Source of the DNA: a virus
Direction: 5' to 3' (one strand)
DNA length: 64,000 nucleotides
Virus record (IMG/VR): IMGVR_UViG_3300045988_173968
In this document: in pieces, positions 23,604 through 34,168 of the stretch
Position numbering within the stretch: the first letter of the stretch is position 1
How the letters are laid out: every line of letters begins with the position of its first letter
Made by a program: the position numbers and the translations under genes
The notes under the pieces: generated by a model
What the model saw: only the letters and a program-made list of their open reading frames with translations
Told to the model about the DNA's origin: nothing
Databases searched by the model: none

Positions 23604-24103
23604 GTGTAGTTTGTGCGAGAAAGTATGAAGATAAAATAATTATGGCTGCTGACTCGATTCTTTGCCAAGGCGATATGAAACGCACAAAAGGGGATGTCGT
23701 AAAGCTTCGCTCTATCAATGGAATGGGGATTGGCGGATGTGGGATGGCGCAGGAGATTAGCCTTATGTTTCGGTTTGCTGATACTCACCTCCCATCTTCC
23801 GCTACAGAAGCTGGAATGCAGGATTTTATCGTTGAGTTTTCCAAATAGAAGCATGGTTACGATGGAGATTATAGTGTCGAAAATGTATATCTGATTACAT
23901 ACAAGGGCCATTTATTCTGTGTTGAAGATTTTCTCGTTTATGAGGTGAAAGAATACGAAGCTATCGGAGCCGGAATGTATTACGGTTTGACTGCTTTGTA
24001 TCTTGGACACACGCCAAGAGAAGCCGTAAAAGTATCGTGTGACCTGTGCTGCTATGTGGCAGAGCCAATTATTGAGGTAGAGTTCCCGAGAGAGGAGGAA
24101 TGA
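23600..24103 (+). CDS. HslV/proteasome-beta-like Ntn-hydrolase; one in-frame TAG (23846-23848)
   Basis: N-terminal [15 protein letters not shown], then after the TAG ...[25 protein letters not shown]. Same frame throughout, ending at TGA 24101-24103. Confidence 0.6.
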
Positions 24104-24107
24104 CCAA

Positions 24108-24209
24108 GTGGATAACGATTACATCGTCGATGTGAATACTCGGGACGGCAGCCGATTTATGGCTGAGTAGAATGAGTACATAGAAGAATGGGAGGGTGAG
24201 CAACAGTGA
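24108..24209 (+). CDS. 33-codon ORF with in-frame TAG (24168-24170)
   Basis: GTG start 9 nt after a GGAGG. Its TGA overlaps the GTG start of the next gene (GTGA). Confidence 0.35.
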
Positions 24210-27013
24210 GCTTAACTGACCAGATAAATATCTATGCCGTAGATTCTGACGCATTCTACAACGAGGAAGAACGGGATATCAGTATTCAGCTCAATAATCT
24301 GCGCACCAGAAAGAAGAATTTGAAAGAGGAGTTACGAATTGCTGAGCAGTTTCTGGGTGGTTCCCTTCCGGAGAAGTCATAGGCTACCCGATATCGTGAG
24401 ATATACCGGTTGCGTAAGGAAATTGAGATTGACCCGCCTACACAGGATGTGGTTGAGATTCTCAATGAGCAAATTGCTACCTTGACCCCTATTATCACGG
24501 GGCTCAAAAACGAGCTTAAGGATAAACTGGAGAGCCATTCCGGAATTCGCGCCCTTGACCCTCGTGCGCTCTCCCCTAAAAATGTTATATCGGTGTTTGA
24601 ATCCGCCATGACAAGAGTGTTTGGCTTCGAGAAGGATCAGTTATACGATGATGTAATTGTTGTTCGGGCGTATTACTACGAGGTGCTGAAAGACATCATG
24701 CGGGATGGATTTCTTCACAATGGTGAGCGGTATGTGGTGTTTACGGCATCCGCAGGACAGATCCGAACCAAAAGAACCGTCTTTGTTAAGGAATCTCTGC
24801 TTGAGAAGCATCGTCTGACACTCATGTGTGGGCTTACGGTTGACCATATCAATGAGCTGGGCGGTGTCAATGTCAATAAGTATCTGGCTTATTTGGCTTT
24901 GAGTAACTCTGCCACTGATATTTGGGAAGGGTTCGATATTGATAAGTCCATCGTTGTAGAAGACTTTGAGACGCTCGTAAATGGCACCGTAGACTACATT
25001 GATGGTACTACATATGAAATCACTCGCAAGGAAATGGGCGTTCCCATAACGCACACAGATGGCTGTGGAATGATGCTGCCGAGCATCAGTTGGAAGAACA
25101 TGATGGTGCGGCTCCCATGGGTAAAGGGATTGCTCGCCTCTTTCGACTTCAAGAAGTTCATTCGAGAGGCTAATGAGAGAGAACCGGAGATAAACCATGG
25201 TCTCGTCAGAGATATCTACGGCAAAGAATGGGATATTCTGCGAGACGATATCCGTTGTATTTTCACTAAGAGTCAGTTCAAAATGTAGAAATATTACGAC
25301 AATTGGCAGGATTATGTCGATAAATTTAAACATTATGGGTGTCTGGCGTGTAAGTGCAACGAAGAAGAGAGCTTCATCCCCAACGCCAAACTGAACTACC
25401 AGATGTTGCAGACTCTGACCGATATATCAGATGAGGAGTTGCGGGCTCTCGCTGAAAAGTCAGTCAAAAAGCTGGACAACATTGCAGCGGATAAGGATAC
25501 CATGCTCCGAGTATTTGGTGTTAAGGACAGCAACCGAGAGAAGAATCACTTTCAGAAATGTGTCGGTATCTATAATGAACTTCTCTGCCAGGAGTATTCC
25601 AAGGAAACCTTAAAACAGATAAAAAAGAGCCTCGTCAATGACTATCGGGCGGGAAAATTTGATGTTGATGGCAAATATCTGTTTATTATTCCGGATCTGT
25701 ACGCATTTTGCGAGCATCTGTTCCTTGGCATTGAAGTGCCGCAGGGGCTGCTTAAGGACGGTGAAGTGTCGGCAAGAGTGTTCGCCAAGCGGGAGAAGCT
25801 GGATTGCCTGCGGAGTCCACACCTCTACCGCGAGCATGGTGTTCGCCGTAATGTGGTCAACGAGGATACGAAGAAGTGGTTCCGTACTGATGCTCTTTAT
25901 ACAAGCTCTTATGATTTAATTAGCAAATTATTGCAATTCGATTGCGACGGAGATAAGAGCTTAGTGGTCGCTGACGAACTATTTGTCAGCATAGCAGAAC
26001 GAAACATGCATGGTATTGTCCCCCTCTATTACGAGATGGCGAAGGCGGGACAGATGCATATTGACAATATGAAGATCTACGATGGTTTGCAGGCTGCCTA
26101 CAGCGGTGGCAATATCGGTGAGATCAGCAATACTATTACGAAGATTTGGAACAGTGGCGAAATGACGCAGGATAAACTTGATGTGATTAAGTGGTTATGC
26201 TTCGAGAATAATGCAACAATTGATTACGCAAAAACATTGTAGAAGCCCATCCGCCCACATTATGTTGATAAAGCCATTAAATCCTGCGCCAACTATAAGC
26301 CACCCCAATTCTTTATTTACGCTAAAGATAAAACCCAGGAACAAGTAGAACCACGCAATGACAGCATCGTCAACAAGTTGTTTGACATTATCCCCGATAA
26401 GAGAATGCGTTTTACGGCTGCCAACCTCGGGAAGTTCGATTATAAGGTACTGATGCGAAATCCCATCGTTTCTATTGACCCTCGTGTCATTGAGAAATTC
26501 AAAGATCTTGACGCCAGAAAGAACTTGTCTTTGTCTTACGGTTCCAACGAGGAGAACTATGCATTCTTCCGTACAACCGTTAGATGTGAGCTGTATGCTA
26601 TTAACCCGAATGTGAACGCCGTCTGTGATATGCTTGTGGCTCACTTCTTCCGGGACAAGAAAAGTAAGAGCCTTAATACATTCTGGCTGTGCTATGGTGA
26701 CATAGTGTTCCAGAATATTCGAAACAACATCGAGAAAGATTACATACAGTGCAGTTGCTGCGGCAAACGGTTCTGGAGAACCTCTTATAAGAACCAGATT
26801 TGCGAGGCATGCATTGAGAAGATGTCTAATCCAAATCTGCCAAAACCAATTAGATACAAGGTAAAGGTCTGCATTGATTGTGGTAAAGAGTTCAAGACAG
26901 TTTCTACCGCAAGACGAGCTTGTCGTTGCACCGAGTGTAGCAAAATACGGAAGAGGAAAAATACAGCTAAGCGCGTATCACTCTTCCGGAGCAAAGAAAG
27001 TAACGCTTTATAA
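24206..27013 (+). CDS. YonO / eukaryotic-type RdRP-like (double-psi beta-barrel, DxDGD) RNA polymerase candidate with C-terminal zinc ribbons; three in-frame TAGs (24380, 25286, 26240)
   Basis: The segment 24206-24379 upstream of the first TAG (below the ORF-track size cutoff) and three ORF-track pieces (24410-25288, 25403-26242, 26378-27013) share one frame, separated only by TAG. Motifs: VFTASAGQIRTKRTVFV, LRSPHLYREHG, QFDCDGDKSLVV. C-terminal CSCCGK..CEAC and CIDCGK..CTEC. Confidence 0.6.
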
Positions 27014-27188
27014 AAAAAGCGAGAAGTCCATAAAACCGCTTAAAATAAGGCTTTTTTGTCTCCGTTATTATTTAAAAATGCCGAAAAGTGCCTATTTCAA
27101 CGCATTTATCGGCATTTTCATTAAATTACAATACGGGAGGCTAATGGGCGAATTGTATGAATGTGAAGCCGCTTGTTCCCCACACTCT

Positions 27189-27307
27189 GGGCGGAGCAGC
27201 AACTCCGCCCGGTCAGCCACACCCGCCCACCGTTGGCGGCAATACAAATGAACGGCTCGATAAATACCGTCCGCTTACCACCACCGGCGGCAATACAAAT
27301 TGGTGGT
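27189..27307 (+). promoter_or_regulatory. hairpin cluster with two hairpins displaying the same 15-nt loop GGCGGCAATACAAAT
   Basis: GGGCGGAG-CAGCAA-CTCCGCCC (27189-27210). CCGTT-[GGCGGCAATACAAATG]-AACGG (27230-27255). ACCACC-[GGCGGCAATACAAATT]-GGTGGT (27280-27307). The two stems differ in sequence but both pair. Confidence 0.5.
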
Positions 27308-27484
27308 TTAAAACAGAACAGGACTTCCTGGCACGCGCTGCAAGGCAGTGAAACACAGGGAGACATTTTGCTTAAAAGGGAGCGGTGCGCGTACACTGCT
27401 CCCCTATTCTTTATCTGCTATGGGATGGCTGACCAATAAACAGCCAAGGCTATATGCCGTAATATTTAAGGAGATTAAATTAAA

Positions 27485-27688
27485 GTGTTTAAGATCGGAA
27501 AAGATGAAGTAAAGGCGGTGCAGAAGCTTGCACCAAAAAACAAACTCAAGGTGTTGTCTCGCCGCAAGAATTCCAGAGGGCATACATACCTCGTTCTTGA
27601 TGATGATTATGATACCCTGCGCGTTCTCTCAAGCCTTCGTGGCAAGTCTATCCGAGACATCCTGGCGGACGAGTACCGCTACATTTAA
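27485..27688 (+). CDS. small basic hypothetical protein
   Basis: ORF track 67 aa. GTG start after AAGGAG. Confidence 0.5.
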   Translation: MFKIGKDEVKAVQKLAPKNKLKVLSRRKNSRGHTYLVLDDDYDTLRVLSSLRGKSIRDILADEYRYI

Positions 27689-27699
27689 GGAGGTCTGGC

Positions 27700-28983
27700 A
27701 TGATAGATTTCAAGAGAAAGGAAAACGAAACAGAAAATCAGTACCTGTGGCGGGTTGGCGTAGCTATTGAAAATGGTTCTGCTGGACTGACATAGGATGA
27801 GGCTGCTCCGCTTATCAATAAGGAATGGCGCGAAGATGAATCTGAATATCGTACATCTTCTGCTTACCGTAAGCCGGTGCAGTATGCCCTCCGTTTTATG
27901 GAGGACGGTGTGTTTGATGGCAAGAAGGATGGATTGTCCGAAGAACTAATCGAACAGAAATACGAGCTGACCAAGGAGCGTATGCGTCTGCGTGATGAGC
28001 GTCGAGCAATCAACGACCGCCTGCGGTCTGCCGCTCGCTTAGATCACCGTCTGGATTACCTCGGTGAACTTATTGAGAGCAATGGCCATGCGTCTTTTGG
28101 CAATATCCAGTTGCCGGAGCAGAGAACTATCAATCGCCGTAAGGCTGACATTATTGTTTCTTTGGCTGATTTGCACATCGGCGCATCATACTATAATTAT
28201 AATGGTGTGTATGACAGCGAGATGGCAAAGAAACGGCTTGTAGAATACTTGTCGTATGTCAAGGAAATAAAGGATACACACGACCCAGAGAATTGCCACA
28301 TCGTAATTCTCGGTGATTGCATTTCCGGCAATATACATAAGAATCTATCCGTTACGAATGGCGAGAGTGTTGTAGCACAGATTCAGCTCATGTGCGACTA
28401 TGTGAGCGAGTTCTGCGGCAGAGTTGGCGAGATGTTCGGTCAGACTGGCGGCAATGTAACTATTCATTGTGTTGCTGGAAACCATACTCGTCTCGATAAG
28501 AAGGAAGATGCTCTTCACGACGAGCGCCTGGATGATTTACTTCTTTGGTATCTGAGCAGATTCTTTGCAAAGGTTCCCAATGTGTCCGTTTCCGAAGAGC
28601 GCCTCGATAACGGGATTGACCAATTCATTATTCGTGGTCGTAGCTATGTCGCAGTGCATGGCGATTTCGACGGCTTCAACGAAGCTGGCGTATCCAAACT
28701 GGCGATGTTCCTTGGGTACAAACCAAATGTTGTACTGTATGGGCACAGGCACTTCCCTGCCATGACAGAATGTTCCGATGTGGTAATGGTGCAGAGCGGC
28801 AGCTTGGGCGGTAGCGGGGATCAGTTCACACTGGAGCATCGGATGCGTTCAATGCCTGCTCAGTCCGTTCTCGTTGTTAATAGCGATGGCGTTGTTGCTC
28901 ATTATCCTGTTAAGCTTGGTATTATTCCCTGTCTCTCCTACGACCTGGAAAAGTATCCTGCGGAGGAGGATGATATCCTGTGA
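27700..28983 (+). CDS. SbcD/Mre11-type metallophosphoesterase (nuclease-like); one in-frame TAG (27793-27795)
   Basis: AAGGAGG RBS before ATG 27700, in the same frame as ORF 27877-28983. Motifs: LADLHIG, ILGDCISG, AGNHTR, AVHGDF, YGHRH. Confidence 0.75.
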
Positions 28984-29303
28984 ACAAACATAAATTCATA
29001 CGCTATGTATCCGACGAAACAAGGATTCGCGTGAACGAGTGCGATTATATGGTCAACGCTATTCTCCGGTGTATTAAGGATGTGTTAGCAACCGGCGAAG
29101 ATCTCTACTTAAATGACTTTGGCAAATTCATTGTCGAGCGTCGAGACCCAAGGAAGTGCATTCTGCCAGATGGCGCTGAGTGTATGGCACCTGGCAAGAT
29201 CATTATTAAGTTTCGACCTTCGGTTTCTTTGAAGGAAGAAATGGAATATGTCCCTAATCCTGAAAATCTTCGCAAGAACGGTGGCGGAGACGCAGCTAAA
29301 TAA
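28980..29303 (+). CDS. HU/IHF-family DNA-binding protein
   Basis: 107 aa. ...LYLNDFGKFIVERRDPRKCILPDG...IIIKFRPSVSLKE matches the HU beta-arm pattern. GTGA overlap with the upstream gene. Confidence 0.75.
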   Translation: MNKHKFIRYVSDETRIRVNECDYMVNAILRCIKDVLATGEDLYLNDFGKFIVERRDPRKCILPDGAECMAPGKIIIKFRPSVSLKEEMEYVPNPENLRKNGGGDAAK

Positions 29304-29390
29304 ATGTCTGGTGAACTTGTATTAAAGGTGTACCCTACCTTAGTGGGAGCTAAAAAAGCGGTGTTGCTCAGCCGAAATTGGGCAGAGTGA

Positions 29391-29418
29391 GGGAGCGTCC
29401 GAAATGGCGCTCCCTTTT
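29391..29418 (+). terminator. intrinsic terminator
   Basis: GGGAGCG-(10-nt loop)-CGCTCCC followed by TTTT. Confidence 0.6.
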
Positions 29419-29446
29419 CATATGAGCGATTAAGAGGAGTGATTAA

Positions 29447-30574
29447 ATGACCGCACCTACAAAGAGGAGCCTTAAGCCAGCGATTGGTGCGGCTAAGGAA
29501 CCTGCTTTTGAAAAGCGAAATGAAAAGTACGAATGTGTTTGCTGCCACGAAGAAAAGAAGCCTACTGATTTCTACAAATCCCCTACTGCGGCGTTTTGGG
29601 ACTACCCCGGCAGCATTACACTTGTGTGCAAGCAATGCGTCCGTAAGCAGTTTGATCGTGATGTGGATCAATACGGTCTTGACAATGCAATTATGTTTAC
29701 CTGCTATCGTCTTGACCAGCCATATATCAAGTCAACTGCAGAGGATGTTAAGGTCAACACAAACCCGTTTGATATTGGTGTTTACCTTGGCTCTGTTTCT
29801 CGTGCTGCCTATACCGGCAAATCTTTCGCGTGGTCTCTCCTTTCCGGAGAAATTAACCGTGACGATGACAATAGTGTCAAGGAAGAGAGAGAAGATAAAT
29901 GGTCTAAGCGAGACCGCCAGAATATGAACTATGTCATATCGATTATTGGGTATGACCCGTTTGATGACGCTGGCCTTAGTAATATGGACAGAAAGTATTG
30001 CTACAATGTCCTTTCATCTTACCTTAATACACCTTATATTACGGACGATTCTCACAAGATGCAGTCCGTTATCCAGCTTACCAATACATTGTTGCAGGTT
30101 CGCAAGATTGACGAAGCAATCAACAGAGAGCAGCTGAAGGCAAACACTAATACCGATACTCTCACCAATATGGTCATGGCGAGAAAGAACCTGCAGACCA
30201 TTGTAAATGCCATTGTAAAAGACAACAATATTGCCTCGCAGTATTCCAAGGAAAAGACCGGCGGGGAAAATACCTTGACCGGCAAGATGCGGGAGCTAAC
30301 CAATAATGGCTATGAAGCAATGAAGGTTAATCTATTTGATATTAAAACCTCTGAGGCTATGAAGCAAATCGCTGATCTTAGTAACTCGAGCATCATGGAA
30401 CAGCTCTCTCTAGATGCCAACGACTATACCGAAATGCTGAAAGAGCAACGCACCATGCTGACTGACCTGCGAGAAAAGGCGGATGCGCTTGAGGAGGAAA
30501 ATAGACAGCTCAAGAATAATCTTGAAAATCTGATTTCGGAATCATCAGCTAAGAGAAAGCGTGGTGGTTCATAA
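29447..30574 (+). CDS. hypothetical protein with zinc ribbon and C-terminal coiled coil; small-terminase candidate by position only
   Basis: 375 aa. AGAGGAG RBS. CVCCHEEK...LVCKQC. TAATG overlap with terL. Confidence 0.6.
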   Translation: MTAPTKRSLKPAIGAAKEPAFEKRNEKYECVCCHEEKKPTDFYKSPTAAFWDYPGSITLVCKQCVRKQFDRDVDQYGLDNAIMFTCYRLDQPYIKSTAEDVKVNTNPFDIGVYLGSVSRAAYTGKSFAWSLLSGEINRDDDNSVKEEREDKWSKRDRQNMNYVISIIGYDPFDDAGLSNMDRKYCYNVLSSYLNTPYITDDSHKMQSVIQLTNTLLQVRKIDEAINREQLKANTNTDTLTNMVMARKNLQTIVNAIVKDNNIASQYSKEKTGGENTLTGKMRELTNNGYEAMKVNLFDIKTSEAMKQIADLSNSSIMEQLSLDANDYTEMLKEQRTMLTDLREKADALEEENRQLKNNLENLISESSAKRKRGGS

Positions 30575-32400
30575 TGGAAATTTATGTGCCAACTACACCA
30601 TCCGAATGGTCTCAGCGCAAGGTCGAGGAATATGAAAAGGCGGCAAAAGTAATCAATTAGGGGCGAGAAAACCCTGTTCGCTTTGCGGAGGAAGTGTTCG
30701 GCATTGCCATGATCGACTATCAGAAGTGGTCTTTCATGGAGAGCTGGTGGCGGCCATATGTTCTTTGGCTCTGTAGCCGTTCAGCCGGTAAGACAACCGA
30801 GGCTGCAATCTTCTTGCAAACGAAGTGCTTCCTTATACCGAACTATACGGTCTGGATCTTTACAAACAGCGCCGGTCAGTCTATTGAGTGCTTCAAGAAA
30901 ATCGAGGATATCGCCTTGCAGAAGATTCCTTCATTTAGAACCTGTACGGACATCTTCGCTTCCGAAATCGAGAGAAACTCCAATTCCCCTACTGGGTTTA
31001 TTCATGACCCTGCGGGTCATCACTTCTCTCTGTTTAATAATTCTGGTGTGACTACCCTGTCTTCAAACCTTAACGCCATTCGTGGTAAGCGTGGTTCTAT
31101 ATTCTACGACGAGACTGGTTGGATGGGCAAAGAAGAATTTGCAACCACTGAACCATTCGCTTCACAGGACGCGAGTTGGGGTATCGGCGTCTCTAAAGGC
31201 CCTAAGTATTACGAGCCGCAGGCGATGCCTTTGCAGAGACTGTACGCTAGTTCCGCAAGTGATGTGACATATCCGTTTTACGAGAAGTATCGTGATTTCT
31301 CTAAGAAAATGATTCTTGGGCATCCTGACTACTTCGTTTGCGATATCAACGCTAACACTATTTTAGATTTCTCTACTCTTAATGGCGAACAGATCCCTTC
31401 TCACTTACAGCGAGAAGAAATCATCCGAAAGATGGACGAAGACCCGGATATGGCAGAGCGCGAATACTTCAACAAATTCTCAAAAGGCGGCGCTCAAAAC
31501 AGTGTTGTCCGTATGGAGACAATGATCCGGAACTCTTTTGTTTATCCTCCGGTTATGTGCAACGATACTGGTAAGCGTAAATTCATCTTTACATATGACC
31601 CTGCTCGCAACTTCGATGGAAGTGTCCTTTCTATTTTTGAGCTTATTGAGGACGAAAAAGTTGGATTGAAGTTGCGGTATGTGCGGTGTATTTCCTTTGT
31701 CGATACAGAAACGCGCAAGAAAACTCCATTGCCGATGAACGAGCAGGTCAAAATAATCAAAAAACTGCTCGTTGATTACAACGGGCCGAACGCTGCTGAC
31801 TGGGAAAATATCGAGGTTTATATCGATGCCGGTGCCGGTGGTGGCGGTATCTCTGCCGTGGCTGATAACCTTATGGAGGATTGGGAAGACAGTTCCGGGC
31901 AGGTGCATCGTGGCATGGTTGATCCGGAACATAAACAGTATGAGACTTCCAGGGCAAATTATCCTAATGCTCTTCCCTGCATTCATCTGATTGAACCTGC
32001 TTCTCATAAGCGGCTTATCTTTGATGCGCTGGAGAATATGACAAAGTTTGACCTGATTGAGTTTCCTGATTATGACGGCAAGGATGTTATAACCATAGTA
32101 AATGCCGATGGCAGCTATCAGGATTATGAGCTTTCCTTCCCAGAGCGGCTTGCCCTGGTGCAGTGCAATCTTGCCAAAACTGAAATCACCTATATGCGAA
32201 AGTATATTTCCGCCAATGGGCAGACATCATACGATCTCGCTAAGGATAAGAAAAACACAATGCATGATGATCGTTGTTACACCGTAGCCATGGCTGCATG
32301 GGTTCTTTCTCAAAAGAGAAGAACCGATTTAATCAATTCCAATGTCCAAACAGATGACGATTTTTCTGAATTCTGTTTCCGGGCGCCAAAAGTAAAATAA
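30574..32400 (+). CDS. terL: terminase large subunit; one in-frame TAG (30658-30660)
   Basis: ATG 30574 is in frame with ORF 30694-32400. Walker A LCSRSAGKTT, FYDETGW Walker-B-like motif, C-terminal nuclease-like HDDRCY. Confidence 0.85.
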
Positions 32401-32416
32401 GGGAGGTGCGCAGTGC

Positions 32417-33922
32417 TTGCAAAAATATGCAAATCGTAAAGACATGATGAACCGTCGTAAGGGCGAATCACACCCTGAGCCAGTTGTAGATCCACCTATG
32501 ATGTTTGCAAATCTCAATCATGTTATTTATCGTGATTTGAATGGCACGACTCGTGCCCCGACTTTCGCAAAATACTCGAGAGAAGAAATTATCACTTATC
32601 TCTCAAATCCGTACAGATATAAAACACAGCTTCGCAATGCTGTTATCTATATGTATGGAGCCAGTTCCAACTTCCGCCGCCTAATCCAATATTTCGTCGG
32701 GCTGAACGATTTCTCATATATCGTTACGCCATACCGAATGGATTATGACAGCGCTGAAACCAAAGGCACTACATATAAGAAGAACTACATCAAAACTCTT
32801 GATTTTCTGTCCACTATGAACATTAAGACGCAGGGGGCCAAGATTTTGACTGTGTGCCTGCGGGAAGATGTGTTCTATGGCACTTGCCATGTCACAAAAG
32901 ACGATATCACTATTCAGCAGTTGCCTTCCGAGTATTGCGATATCACATCCGTTGAGGGAAATGTCTTCAATGTATCGTTCAATTTTAGCTATTTTGATTC
33001 GAGAAAGGATCTTTTGCCGTTTTATCCGCCGGAGTTTGAGCGTAGATACAACGACTACACCGATAGCTCGAAGAAAGACATCGGCAAATGGCAGGAGCTT
33101 GACTCTCCAACATCCTTTGCTATCAAAGTTAATAGTGATGTTCCAGACTATCCTATTCCGCCGTTTGCTGGCATTCTTCCCAATCTCTATGATATCTCGG
33201 ACTATCAAAGCCTGAAAATGACAAAAACCGAGCTGGAGAACTACGCAATTCTGGCGATGTATCTTGAAAAAGATCCCGATGGCAGATGGCAGATGGACTT
33301 CGGCAAGGCGGAAAAGTATTGGCGTAACCTCGATGGTGTTCTGCCAGATGAGGTTGGTTCTATTCTGTCGCCTATGAAGCTTGAGAAAATCAGCTTTGAC
33401 AGGGCTGGAGGCACTTCCACTTCCGATACTGTTTCCGACGCGGAAGAGCACATGTTTAGTTCTGCTGGTGTATCTTCTCAAATTTTCTCTAGCAAGAATG
33501 CCACATCGAGCAATGCAATGCTCCTTTCTATCAAGGCAGACCAAAACATTACTTTTGGCATTGTTCGTATGATTGAAGACGCCATCAACCGAATACTGCA
33601 CGAACAATCTGCATCTAAGAACTTCTCTATTCGTTTCTTGGATACTTCTTGCTATAACCGCAAGGAAGCCGCAGAGGTCTACCTTAATGGTTGTCGATCT
33701 GGTGCGCCTTTTGTATCCGCCTACTGTGCAGTTGCGGCTGGCCTTAATCCGGAGGAGATGGATGGTCTTTGTTGGATTGAGCAGAAGGGTTTTGATTTCG
33801 TGTCGAAGTTTAACCCACTGCGGATGTCGTCTACTCAGTCCGGCAATGGGGGAAATGGTCGTCCTGAGTCTAATCCCGATACGCTCACGGATGAGGGCGA
33901 GCGCTCCAGAGAGAAGAATTGA
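32417..33922 (+). CDS. portal protein
   Basis: 501 aa immediately after terL. Size, position and the acidic C-terminus are typical. The start codon (TTG 32417 versus ATG 32444) is uncertain. Confidence 0.7.
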   Translation: MQKYANRKDMMNRRKGESHPEPVVDPPMMFANLNHVIYRDLNGTTRAPTFAKYSREEIITYLSNPYRYKTQLRNAVIYMYGASSNFRRLIQYFVGLNDFSYIVTPYRMDYDSAETKGTTYKKNYIKTLDFLSTMNIKTQGAKILTVCLREDVFYGTCHVTKDDITIQQLPSEYCDITSVEGNVFNVSFNFSYFDSRKDLLPFYPPEFERRYNDYTDSSKKDIGKWQELDSPTSFAIKVNSDVPDYPIPPFAGILPNLYDISDYQSLKMTKTELENYAILAMYLEKDPDGRWQMDFGKAEKYWRNLDGVLPDEVGSILSPMKLEKISFDRAGGTSTSDTVSDAEEHMFSSAGVSSQIFSSKNATSSNAMLLSIKADQNITFGIVRMIEDAINRILHEQSASKNFSIRFLDTSCYNRKEAAEVYLNGCRSGAPFVSAYCAVAAGLNPEEMDGLCWIEQKGFDFVSKFNPLRMSSTQSGNGGNGRPESNPDTLTDEGERSREKN

Positions 33923-33932
33923 GGTGGCGCGT

Positions 33933-34121
33933 ATGGAATTTATTTATGTTCTTAATCCCAAAGCCGCAGAAGAACTGATGGCTCAGGGGTTTGGATATAC
34001 TACTTCGACCATGAACGGAAACTTGGTTTGGATTTTTGATTACAACGATGAGCTGCAGCGGTTTACGCTGTCCCGCTATTCCGATGATCAATATTTCATT
34101 TCCGACACGATGTTCATTTGA
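33933..34121 (+). CDS. small hypothetical protein (62 aa)
   Basis: GAGGTGG RBS before ATG 33933. It is the C-terminal part of ORF-track entry 33573-34121. Confidence 0.5.
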   Translation: MEFIYVLNPKAAEELMAQGFGYTTSTMNGNLVWIFDYNDELQRFTLSRYSDDQYFISDTMFI

Positions 34122-34168
34122 GGTGGTACTATGAAGATTTTTCAAAATGGAGGAGGTGAAAACGAAAA

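Noticed and set aside
20464-27013. The split ORFs read as pseudogenes, frameshifts or genuinely separate genes instead of TAG readthrough.
   Set aside because: All nine breaks are TAG, never TAA or TGA. All resume in the same frame without indels. Downstream pieces lack their own RBS and start codon, and conserved motifs are distributed across the pieces.
27121-27439. ORF-track ORFs 27121-27396 (minus), 27157-27351 and 27173-27439 (plus) in the hairpin region.
   Set aside because: They have no RBS, their translations are dominated by the repeat and hairpin sequence, and they overlap one another in different frames.
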